NCBI RefSeq assembly: GCF_036971445.1
Contig: NC_091469.1
Coordinates: forward strand, 5,456,001 to 5,520,000
Reading direction: 5' to 3'
From: Narcine bancroftii
Taxonomy: Eukaryota
DNA: 64,000 bases
This document shows positions 10,361 through 21,600 of the stretch, one piece after another. Position 1 is the first letter of the stretch. Each line of letters opens with the position of its first letter. The position numbers and the translations under genes were made by a program. The notes beneath the pieces are model-generated. The model did not search any database. It saw only the letters and a program-made list of their open reading frames with translations, and was not told the origin of the DNA.

Positions 10361-13300
10361 TTAGGTAGTGAATGTCCCCGGTAGGTTTTCTCTATTGTGT
10401 TTCATGTATGGCTCCCATATTTGTTCAAATATTTCAATATTATTTCTTAAACTATATGTTATTTTTTCTAATGGAATACATTTATTCATTTCTATATACC
10501 ATTGTTGTATTTTCAAATTATCTTCCAATTTCCAGGCCGACACAACACATTTTTTTGCTACGGCTAGAGCCATCCCAACAAATCTTTTTTGTGCACCATC
10601 CAAATCAATTCCAAATTCTTTGTTTTTTATGTTACTTAGGAGGAAGATCTCTGGATTTTTTGGTAAATTGTTTTCTGTAATTTTATTTTGGTTTAGATCT
10701 TCCCAAAATTTTTTTACTTTCTCACATGTCCAGATTGCATGAATTGTTGTTCGCATTTCTTTTTTACATCGAAAACATCTGTCAGATACTGTTGGGTCCC
10801 ATTTATTTAACTTTTGAGGTGTAATATATAGCCTGTGTATCCAGTTATATTGTATCATATGTAACCTCGTATTTATTGTATTTCTCATCGTTCCAGAACA
10901 TAACTTCTCCCATGTTTCCTTTTTTATCTTTATATTTAAATCTTGTTCCCATTTTTGTTTAGTTTTACCATTTGTTTCTTCATTCTCCTTTTCTTGCAGT
11001 TTAATATACATATTTGTTATAAATCTTTTGATTATCATTGTATCTGTAATCACATATTCAAAGTTACTTCCCTCTGGTAACCTCAGACTGCTTCCTAATT
11101 TGTCCTTCAAGTAGGATCTTCATTGGTAATATGCCAGCACTGTATCTTGAGTTATATTGTATTTATCTTTCATTTGTTCAAAGGATAATAATCTATTTCC
11201 TGAAAAACAATTTTCTATTCTTTTGATCCCTTTTTTCTCCCATTCTCTAAAGGAAAGGTTATCTATTGTAAAAGGGAGTAACTTATTTTGCGTCAATATT
11301 AATTTTGGTAATTGATAATTTGTTTTATTCCTTTCTGCATGAATCTTTTTCCAAATATTGAGTAGATGATGTAATACTGGAGAACTCCTACGTTGTACCA
11401 ATTTTTCATCCCATTTATATAATATGTGTTCAGGTATCTTTTCCCCTATTTTATCTAATTCTAATCTAGTCCAATCTGGCTTTTCCCTTGTTTGATAAAA
11501 ATCTGATAGGTATCTTAATTGTGCGGCTCTATAATAATTTTTAGTTTGGCAGTTGTAAGCCTCCTTGTTTATACCATTCTGTTAATTTATCTAGTGCTAT
11601 CCTCGGTTTCCCCCCTTTCCATAAAAATTTCCTTATTATTTTCTTTAACTCCTTGAAGAATTTCTCTGTCAAGTGTATTGGCAATGCCTGAAATAGGTAT
11701 AAAATCCTTGGGAAAATGTTCATTTTAATACAGTTTAACCTTCCTATTAGTGCTAATGGTAAATTTTCCAATGCTCTAAATCGTCCTGTAATTTTTTCAT
11801 TAGTGGATAATAATTCAGTTTATATAGATGGCCGAGATTTTTATTTATTTGTATACCTACGTATCTTATTGCTTGCATTTGCCATCTGAATGGTGATTCC
11901 TTCTTAAATTTTGAGAAATCCGCATTATTCATTGGCATTGCTTCACTTTTATTTACGTTAATCTTGTAACCCGACACTTCTCCATATTCCTTCAATTTCT
12001 TATATAATTCTTTTATTGATAGTTCTGGTTCTGTTAAGTATACTATAACATCATCCGCAAATAAACTGATTTTATATTCCTTGTCTTTTATTTTTATCCC
12101 TTTTATATTATTTTCTGTTCTTATCAATTCTGCTAGTGGTTCTATAGCTAACGCGAACAATAAGGGTGATAGTGGGCATCCCTGCCGTGTTGACCTGCTT
12201 AAGTTAAATTGCTTTGATATATATCCATTTACTGTCACTTTCGCCAATGGTCCCTTATATAATGCTTTAATCCAATTAATATACTTCTCTGGTAAACTGA
12301 ATTTTTGCAAAACTTTGAATAAATAATTCCATTCTACTCTGTCAAAGGCCTTCTCTGCGTCTAAAGCAACTGCTGCTGTTGGCGCTTTACTCCCTTCTAC
12401 TGCATGAATTAAGTTAATAAATTTACAAATATTGTCTGTTGTGCGTCTTTTTTTAATAAATCCAGTTTGGTCTAGATTTACCATTTTAGGTACATACTCT
12501 GCTAATCTGTTTGCTAATAGTTTAGCTATTATCTTATAATCTGTGTTAAGTAATGATATTGGTCTATATGACGCTGGTGCGAGTGGATCTTTCCCTTGCT
12601 TTAGTATTACTGTAATTATTGCTGTTTTACATGAATCTGGTAAGCTTTGTGTTTTATCAATCTGGTTGATTACTTTCAGGAGGGGAGGAATTAATAAATC
12701 TTTAAATGTTTTATAGAATTCTATTGGGAATCCATCCTCTCCTGGTGTTTTATTATTTGGTAGTTTTTTTATTATCTCTTGTATTTCTACTATTTCAAAT
12801 GGTTCTGTTAATTTATTTTGTTCCTCTATTTGTAATTTTGGTAGCTCAATTTTAGTTAAAAATTCATCTATTTTCCCTTCTTTCCCTTCGTTTTCAGTTT
12901 GGTATAATTGTTCATAGAATTCTCTAAAGTTTTCCTTGATCTCCGTTGGATTATATGTTTTTTGTTTGTCTTTTTTCCTTGATGCCAATACCATTTCTTA
13001 GCTTGTTCTCTCTTAAGCTGCCATGCTAGAATTTTTTGCGTTTTTTCCCCTAGTTCATAATATTTCTGTTTTGTCTTCATTATGTTCTTCTCCACCTTAT
13101 ATGTTTGTAGTGTTTCATATTTTATTTTTTTATCTGCCAATTCTCTTCTTTTAGTTGCATCTTCCTTCATTGCTAATTCTTTTTCTATATTTACTATTTC
13201 CCTTTCCAACTGCTCTGTTTCCTGATTATAGTCCTTCTTCATCTTGCTTACATAACTTATTATTTGCCCTCTAATGAACGCTTTCATTGCATCCCATAGT

Positions 13301-14157
13301 ATAAACTTATCTTCCACTGATTCCGTATTTATTTCAAAATACATTTTAATTTGTCTTTCAACGAATTCTCTAAAATCCTGCCTTTTAAGTAGCATGGAGT
13401 TTAATCTCCATCTATACATTCTTGGAGGGATGTCCTCTAACTCTATTGTCAATATCAAGGGTGAATGGTCCGATAATATTCTAGCTTTATATTCTGTTTT
13501 TCTTACTCTATCTTGTATACGAGCTGATAACAAAAATAGGTCTATTCTTGAGTATGTTTTATGTCTACCCGAGTAATATGAATATTCCTTTTCATTTGGG
13601 TGTTGTTTCCTCCATATATCCAAAAGTTGCATTTCTTCCATCGATTTAATTATAAATTTGGTTACTTTGTTCTTTCTGTTAATTTTTTTTCCAGTTTTGT
13701 CCATATTTGAATCCAAATTCAGGTTGAAATCCCCTCCTATTAATATGTTCCCTTGCGTATCTGCTATCTTCAAAAAAATATCTTGCATAAACTTTTGATC
13801 TTCTTCGTTAGGTGAATATACATTGAGTAGATTCCAAAACTCCGAATATATCTGACATTTTATCATTACATATTTCCCTGCTGGATCTATTATTTCCTCT
13901 TCTATTTTAATTGGCACATTTTTACTAATTAATATAGCTACTCCTCTTGCTTTTGAATTATACGACGCTGCTGTTACATGTCCTACCCAATCTCTCTTTA
14001 ATTTCTTGTGCTCCAATTCAGTTAAATGTGTTTCTTGCACAAATGCAATATCAATTTTTTCTTTTTTCAGTAAATTTAGCAGTTTCTTCCTTTTAATTTG
14101 GTTATGTATTCCGTTAATATTTAAAGTCATTAAGTTCAACGTAGCCATTTCATACAT
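10361..14157 (-). pseudogene. L1 ORF2 (APE endonuclease, reverse transcriptase, CCHC), broken by about 4 frameshifts near 12990, 11760, 11541 and 11121
   Basis: EN motifs NING, QETH, GGDFN, RID, SDHSP; RT motifs YRPISLLN, DAEKAFD, QGCPLSP, FADD; CFRC...H...C knuckle; spread over five track ORFs. Confidence 0.92.
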
Positions 14158-14584
14158 TGTTTATCTTCCCTTTCCGTTTCTCCATCATCACCTTTCCTCC
14201 TTATCCATTTCTGCTTTCCTGTTTTGAACACTTTATAAGACAACATTTCTAAAACATCAAACATTTTCCTTATTCTCCTATTTAAAGCTTCTTTAACCCC
14301 ATTCTCCCCTCCCCTCCTGAGTTACCCTTTATCCCTTGTCGGGCAACCACATCTCCCCTCTCCATTTGGATTTGCGAATTCACTCGCAAGCGTCAACTGA
14401 TTTTGTAGTGACCGTAACTCTTCCCCACCCAGCCCCCCCAGAAAAGATTTCAATTTTCATATGTAACAAAGGTCACTCTTTTAAATCCCTCCTTATTCCC
14501 TCTATTCCCTTTCCCTCCCTTATTAATTCTTGTCTATACTCTATATATTTTCCTCTAAATATGGATACATTCATGTATACACAC

Positions 14585-14617
<33 letters not shown>

Positions 14618-14661
14618 CCCTTTACACACACATTTATAGTTCGTGGTCATTTTTACTCTCA

Positions 14662-15906
14662 TTACATGTCTTCATCTCTCTGCTTGTTTTGTAATTGTTC
14701 TGCAAATTTCCTTGCTTCCTCTGGATCTGAGAATAGTCTGTTTTGTTGCCCTGGAATAACTATTTTAAGTACCACTGGGTACTTTAACATAAATTTATAT
14801 CCTTTTTTCCATAAGATCGTTTTTGCTGTATTGAACTCCTTCCTCTTCTTCAGGAGTTCAAAACTTATGTCTGGATAGAAAAAAAATTTTTGACCTTTAT
14901 ATTCCAGTGGCTTTTTGTCTTCTCTTATTTTCTTCATTGCTTTCTCCAATATATTTTCTCTCGTTGTATATCTTAGGAATTTTACTAAAATGGATCTTGG
15001 TTTTTGTTGTGGCTGTGGTTTAGGGGCTAATGTTCTATGTGCCCTTTCTATTTCCATTTCTTCCTGTAATTCTGGTCTTCCTAGGACCCTGGGGATCCAA
15101 TCTTTTATAAATTCTCTCATATTCTTGCCTTCTTCATCTTCCTTAAGGCCCACTATCTTTATATTATTTCTTCTATTATAGTTTTCTATTATATCTATCT
15201 TCTGAGCTAACGGCTCATGTGCCTCTTTAACTTTTTTATTAGATTCTTCTAATTTCTCTTTTAATTCCTCTACTTCCATTTCTATAATTGTTTCTCGTTC
15301 TTCCATATTTTCCACTCTTTTTCCTATCTCTGACATGGCCATTTCTATTTTATTAATTTTTTCTTCTGCATTCTTAATTCTTCTTTTTATCTCATTAAAT
15401 TCTTGTAATTTCCATTCTTTCACTGATTCCATATATTCTTTAAAAAAAGATACATCCATTGTCTTGCCTTTCTCTTCTTCTTCCATTTCTTTCTCTTCTT
15501 CTTCTTCTTCCTCTGGGTTGACCATCTGTTGTTTCCTTGTTTTCTTTTTACCCTCTTCTTTCTTGTTGTCGTTATTGTCTGTGTTCTGCACCTGCTGCTG
15601 TGCTGCAGGTGTCTCTCTCAGCTGTGGAGATCGACTCCGCAGCTGTTCCCCCCTCCCGTCAGTGTGTTTTTTTTCATGCGCATCGCGCATGCGCGACTCC
15701 TCGCACATGCACGGTTGCGCGCTTTTACACGGCTCTGCGAGCCATTTTTGTAGTCCCGAGCCCGGGACTTCCACTGACCTGAGGGAGCGGGCTTCTCTCT
15801 CCGCGGCAGGCCTCTTCGGACAGGTAAGGCCTTCACCTTCTTCTTCCGACATTCTTTCTTCCTCTTTTCTTCCCGTTGTTTTCGACTTTTCTCTCTTCGC
15901 TGCCAT
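14662..15906 (-). CDS. L1 ORF1p (coiled coil plus RRM-like and C-terminal domains), intact, 414 aa
   Basis: Heptad-rich coiled coil followed by L1 ORF1 motifs RRNNIKIVGL, EIERAHR, PRSILVKFL, FYPDIS. Confidence 0.9.
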   Translation of the reverse strand: MAAKREKSKTTGRKEEERMSEEEGEGLTCPKRPAAEREARSLRSVEVPGSGLQKWLAEPCKSAQPCMCEESRMRDAHEKKHTDGRGEQLRSRSPQLRETPAAQQQVQNTDNNDNKKEEGKKKTRKQQMVNPEEEEEEEKEMEEEEKGKTMDVSFFKEYMESVKEWKLQEFNEIKRRIKNAEEKINKIEMAMSEIGKRVENMEERETIIEMEVEELKEKLEESNKKVKEAHEPLAQKIDIIENYNRRNNIKIVGLKEDEEGKNMREFIKDWIPRVLGRPELQEEMEIERAHRTLAPKPQPQQKPRSILVKFLRYTTRENILEKAMKKIREDKKPLEYKGQKFFFYPDISFELLKKRKEFNTAKTILWKKGYKFMLKYPVVLKIVIPGQQNRLFSDPEEARKFAEQLQNKQRDEDM

Positions 15907-17049
15907 TTTCTTCTCACCTTTATTTTTACTTAATTATAAATTTTAATCTTGTACCTTTGTGCTTTGTGTGTTTTTTTTAAACTTTTCGGGAGAGGGCTGG
16001 AATTCCCTGACCGGCCACTACTCCATCACGTGACTCCCCCCCAGCAGTTACTTTATCAAGATGATTGCTCCAGTACCTGTAGCAGCCAAACATGCCAAGG
16101 TGGTAACACCCCCATCACCATATTTTACAGGTGAGGAGGTATGCTTTGGCTCTTGGGCAATTCATTTATGCCTCCACACTTTGCTCTTGCCATCATTCTG
16201 ATACAGGTTAATCTTGGTCTCATCTGTCTACAAGACCTTTTTCCAAAATTTCTGCAGGCTCTTTTAAATACTTCTTGACAAACTGTAATCTGGCCATTCT
16301 GTTTCTGAGGTTAACTAGTGTTTACATCTTGTAATGTAGCCTCTGTATTTCTGTTCATGAAGTCTTCTGCAGACAGTTGTCCTTGACACATCCACACCTG
16401 CCTCCTGAAGGGCGTTTCTGATTTATCAGACTGGCGTTTGGGGATTTTTCTTCATTATGATAGGAATTCTTCTTCATCAGAGGTGGAGATCTTCCTTGGA
16501 AGCTCACCAGTACTCTCTTTCTTCTTATTGATGTTCCAGTTGATTTTGGTAATCCTAAGGTTTGGGCAATTGTCTTACTGTTTTATTATTTTTCAGCCTC
16601 ATAATGGCTTCTTTAACTTTCATTGGCACAACTCTGGTCCTCATGTTGAAAAATAGTAACTTCAGACTCCAAAGATGATTAAAAACTTTGAAGCAAGCCT
16701 AGCTCTCTTATAACTGCACCAGTGAAGCCATTAAATATAACTAAGTAATCATAAACATTTGTGAAGCCAAATGTCCCGAACATTATGGTGTCCTGAAATG
16801 GGGGAACTATGTATAAAAAGTCTTGTAAATTTGACATGGTTAAATCAAAATGTCTACAAATAAACTTGAATAAAATCTGGAATGTGCACTTAATCACATG
16901 CGAATTGTTCAATTATAAATTTAAAACTGGAGCACAGGGGCAAATAAAGGGGAAGAAATGTGTCTGTCCCAAAGATTATAGAGGGCACTGTATAGGTAGT
17001 CTCGACTTTGCAGTACACAAAGCTATGGACAAGGTGGCAATGGGGTGTG

Positions 17050-17680
17050 GTATTCAAAGAGCTAGCTGCTGGGAGATCCTTTCTGTTACAACAGACAGTG
17101 AAGGTGTCCAACGAAGTGATCTACCAATCTGCATCCCGTCTCCCTGATGTAGAGGCTACGTTGGGAGCACTGGATGCAGTAAATGACCCCTGCAGATGAA
17201 CAGATGAAGTATTGCTTCACTTGGAATGACTGTTTGGGACCCTAAATGGTGGTGAGAGAGGAGGAGTAAGTGTAGTATTTCTTGCAGTCAAGGGGATAAG
17301 TACCAGGGGAGCAATTTGTGGGAAGGGATGAATGGACGAGGGAGTTGTAGAGGAACCGATCCATTTGGAAAGCAGAGAGGAGATGCAAAGGTGTCTCGTG
17401 GTGCGAAAATTGCAGAGATTAATATGTTGGATGCAGAGAGTGACCGGGTGGTAGGTGATGATGAGGGGAACCCTGTACTTGTTACATCTGGAGGGGAAGG
17501 GGGCCAGGGTAGATGTGTGGGAAATAGAGGAGATTTCAGTCAGGGGTGGGTTAATAGCAGTGATGGGGAAGCCACATCTCAGTTATCCTGCAATGGAAAG
17601 CCTCAACTGGGAGCAGATGCACTGCAGAGAAAATGGAGGGTAATGCATTCTAAGGGGGTAAGATTGGAATAGATAAGTGA
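17050..17680 (-). mobile_element. Decayed Penelope-like element fragment
   Basis: Sequence parallels the 31.2-31.8 kb copy (GIY-YIG region, GCTTCACTT..., GGGGAAGCCAC). Confidence 0.6.
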
Positions 17681-18002
17681 AGTGGTGAAGTTGAGATGAT
17701 TATCTTGGCTGGCATTTGGAAATAAAAAGATTCAGAATGGGAAGAAGACTTAAGGTGGGATTTTTTCCTTGGGTCTTTTTGAATTGTGCCTTCCAAGAAA
17801 TTTGTATATTTTGATGAACAAGTCACTGTGTCTGAATTTGGAACAAGTTGGATGGACCAATCGGGATTGCACCTCGTGTATGTTTGAATATTGCTCCTTT
17901 AACTGTTTCCTTTCTCTTTTAGGTTTTAACCTTGTTTCCTGTCATTGCAACCCAGACAATGACCTGTACATCAGGTTCTGCTGAAGTATAGAATTGGAAA
18001 CC

Positions 18003-18124
18003 ATGCCCTATTTGCACGGATTTCGACGAATTATCTTTGAGTATCAGCCATTAGTGGACCAAATTCTTAGGGCTGTAGGGTTACAAGAACCAAATGCAGA
18101 GGCAAGTGAGGAAAATCATATCAG
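18003..18124 (+). CDS. ASB6: ASB6 coding exon 1 (exon starts at 17923 after a polypyrimidine-AG acceptor)
   Basis: Kozak-like ACCATG at 18003; translates MPYLHGFRRIIFEYQPLVDQILRAVGLQEP...; donor CAG|GTGAGT at 18124/18125. Missed by the ORF track. Confidence 0.95.
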
Positions 18125-18615
18125 GTGAGTTAACCGACCTCCCGCAGTAACTTTGTGCGGTTTCTGTTGTGAGGTGGAGAGGGAATTTCTGGACAGAATC
18201 AATAATTCCATTGCCTTATGGCAGAAGTATATTAAAATTCTGTCAATATTTTTTCTTAAATTCTCACTATTGCCCTAATAAAGCTCCATGCTCTCAAAAT
18301 GAGCCATATTTGCCATCGCAGGTGGATTAAAATGATCTCTGGGACTAATTTGAATTCCCACTGAATTCCCACTATCACTAAAAAGTTTACCTATGTTTAC
18401 CTTTTATTACTGATTGTGAGACCTTGATAGGTAAAGTGGTAGCCACATTTCAACTCTTCAAAATTACATAACTATCTGGCAAATATTAAGTTCTTCAAGG
18501 TCATTAAAAATGTTTGAATTGTGATTGCTATAGTAACAGTAAGTGCACAAAGAGTTACAGAACTAAGGCAAGTAAATGGATTCACCAACAGATCAGATTT
18601 ATATATAATGTATAC

Positions 18616-18653
<38 letters not shown>

Positions 18654-21600
18654 ATATGCTGAAGATACATTAGGTTGAATGGTATCTCCTGTGCCCAAAT
18701 TAGTGAAATGGATGTTAAATTAAGTGTTGGTATTTAACTAGAGTGGACACAGGTGCATAGCACTTCATGGTGGAGAGTAATTTTTATTTTCCCCCTCTAT
18801 GCAAGATTTTTTTTCTGACTTCCAGTTTGGTTAATGTTTCTATGGTTGGATTGCAGTGATATTCCTGTGACTGGGACAGACTCAGAGGCACTGCAAGGAC
18901 TTCTGCAGAGAGAGGCACAGTCACCCTTCTATGAGGAAGCTATTAGCTATGCACTGTTCAAAGTAGCTGAAGCTGGCTTGGTCATTGCAGCTGAGAAACT
19001 GCTGACACATGGCGCTGACCTCAACTTTGAAGGTTAGTCTAGATCCTGAGCGAAGGATATATTCAAATATATTTTTGCTATTTGGCTCAACTCCCATAGG
19101 TAAATTTTCTCTTGAATTAGTACTGAATTTATTAGTGACAATTTTATGTGTATCTTCCTGTTTGGAAATAATTTATTTCTGCCAACCAAATAAACAATCT
19201 GTTTTAAAACAAAATGCTGAAGGAATTCAGGAGGGTCAGACAGTATCTATGGAAGAAAATGGACACTTGACATTTTAAGGAGAATCCCTGCTTCAGGACT
19301 GAGAAAACACTGGAGAGACAGGCAGTATTAAAGAGGGGGATGGGTCAATGGTGTAGGAGGGATGAAGGATGCCAGGAGTCAGGTTGGGTGGAGCAGGGAG
19401 ACGATGATCGGTAGAAGCCAACAAAGGGGGAAGGGCAGACAGAATGGGGGAGGGGGGGTGGTTTTGCTCAGTCAAGTTTCTGTACCATCTGGCTTTCCCC
19501 TCGGTCCCTTTCTCCTACTCATTCACACAACTTCTCTCACACACCATTCTTTCCAGTTCCCCCTTCCTACCCCGTGTTATCCAGTACCTATCTTTTCCCT
19601 GTTGTATTCCCCCCCACCTCCGCTTTCCATCAGACCACCATCCTTCCTTCACATGATTCTACCTCTCATTCCTTCAGCTGCTTTCTCCTCCTTCACCCAC
19701 CACTCAATCTGCTCCCCTCCTTTTTTGCCCTTCGCCTGTTTTCATCTATCATTGCTTCCCAACACTACCCCCACCTGGCTCCATCCTTCATTATCCCTTC
19801 ATCCACTGACCCCTCCCTCTCCCTTTAATACTTCCTGTTTCCCCTCCTCCTCAGTCCTGAAGCAGGTTTTCAACCTGAACATTGACTGGCCATTTCCCTC
19901 CATGGATGTTGCCTGACCCACTGATCCTCCAGCATTTTGTTTTTTGTTCTGGATACTAGCATCTGCATTCTCTTGCGTCTTCAAACATACCTTTTTTTCT
20001 GATTCCACTGCATGCTAACCACGGATAATTTGATAATTTTAAGCTGTCTAGACTGGTTACCTCTCTGCATCTACTTTTCAGGTATGAGAGCACTTGGCTG
20101 TTCAGCAACAGTTCCTTACATTTTGATCAATGGAGAGTGATCTGTAAATGTTTTTTTTCTCTCATTATGTTTAGCCTATTACTGTGGCCATCGAGCTCCT
20201 TAATCCAACTCAGACCATTAAGGAGAGCTTTTATTGTGATCCACATAAAGTGTAATCTAAAGCAAATAGTACATTTATTGTTTGTGAAATGAGATATTCT
20301 ACCGATGCTGTGATTGTCATAAATACATAGAATTGTTGGAGAAACTCAGCAGGTCCTATAGCATCTGTAGGAGGCAAAGATGTATAACCAACTCTTTTGA
20401 CAAGGTTTTTTTTTCAAGATAACTTGAGAAAGGGCTCAGGCCTGAAACATTGGTTATGTGTCTTTGCCTACTACGGGACCTTCTGAGTTTCTCTGGAAAT
20501 TTTGTGTATTTACTTGATTTATTGTTCCTCAGCTTCCCCTGGGCTGTGCCATTTCTTTGTAGCCTTTTCTCTCCCTCCAACCAACCTTCCCAGTAAAATG
20601 TGAGGAATTTAGCCAGGTATCCACTCTATCAAGATTTTGGGTACTCTGACAACTGATTCTACGAGGTAGATCTTTCTTCAATGTTGGAACGGTCTCTTGT
20701 ATTTTCAATAGACCCTGTCACATATTACACAGCCTTGCATGTAGCAGTCCTGCGCAACCAGCCTGACATGGTGGAACTGCTTATCCGACATGGAGCAGAC
20801 ATCAACAAAAGGGACCGGGTAAGGGAGACACTAAGAATTGTTATGAATAAAAATTTGAAATATCTAATTGCTAATTGTATCACCCCTCACTTTCCCTGAG
20901 CTACATGGACTTCTGTTTTATTTCCTCTATAAGGTTCTCCAGTTTAAAATTCTCATCAACCTCTTTAATTCCCTCCATGGTCTTTCAATCTTCCTATATC
21001 TGCCCAATATTTTTTCGCTACTTAATTACTGATCTTTTAGGATTACCTGATTTCCTCCTGTCCATTGCCAATTATGCTGTCAGTTGCATAGGAAGGAATT
21101 CTATCCCTAAACTCAGTTGTTTCTCTCTCTCAGATGCTCCCTTAAAACCTAACTTTGTCTACAATTTTTTTTCCCAGTACTAGCTACCCGTGTGGCTTGG
21201 TATCAAATACATTCAAATCACTGGCCATGATCTACAATTGGACATTTTATCACATTGATGGGACTAAATAAATGCAAGTTATTACTTTGATGAAGAATGC
21301 AGTTTAATAATGAATTGAATCAGAGTATTTAATAAACTCCAGCACCCTCCTATCAGATTCAGAACCACCCATTTCCTTTGGTCCATGCTTCAGTGTACTA
21401 TTGCCCACCATGTGTCATGTAGAAAGTTAGGAGCAGGAATCGATCACTTGGCTCTTGCTTGCTCTATCATTCAGAACAATTATGGCTAATCAAGTAATCC
21501 TGCTCTTCTCTATGCCTTACCCTTTTGTCCCAAAATCCATCTACCCCTTATTAAATACATTCAGCAACATGTCCACTGCTAGCTCCAATTCCACAGGTTA

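Larger units (their letters stand above)
10111..16041 (-). mobile_element. Full-length L1-clade LINE (5931 bp) in putative ASB6 intron 1, antisense to the gene
   Basis: 15-bp TSD CAGCAGTTACTTTAT at 10096-10110 and 16042-16056; A-rich tail; G-run at the 5' end; ORF1 and ORF2 (APE endonuclease, RT, CCHC). Confidence 0.96.
9870..16990 (-). mobile_element. Decayed Tc1-family DNA transposon split by the L1 insertion (pieces about 9870-10110 and 16042-16990)
   Basis: Terminal ...GAGGGCACTG followed by TA at 16991; broken minus-strand transposase with DETKINLY, QQDNDPKHTAK and LNPIEH motifs (DD34E type) that continues across the L1 TSD; the other terminus was not found. Confidence 0.85.

Noticed and set aside
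15335-15946. 203-aa plus-strand ORF
   Set aside because: Antisense shadow of purine-rich L1 ORF1 with low-complexity S/F/L content; only its 3' part is considered, in the antisense-promoter hypothesis.
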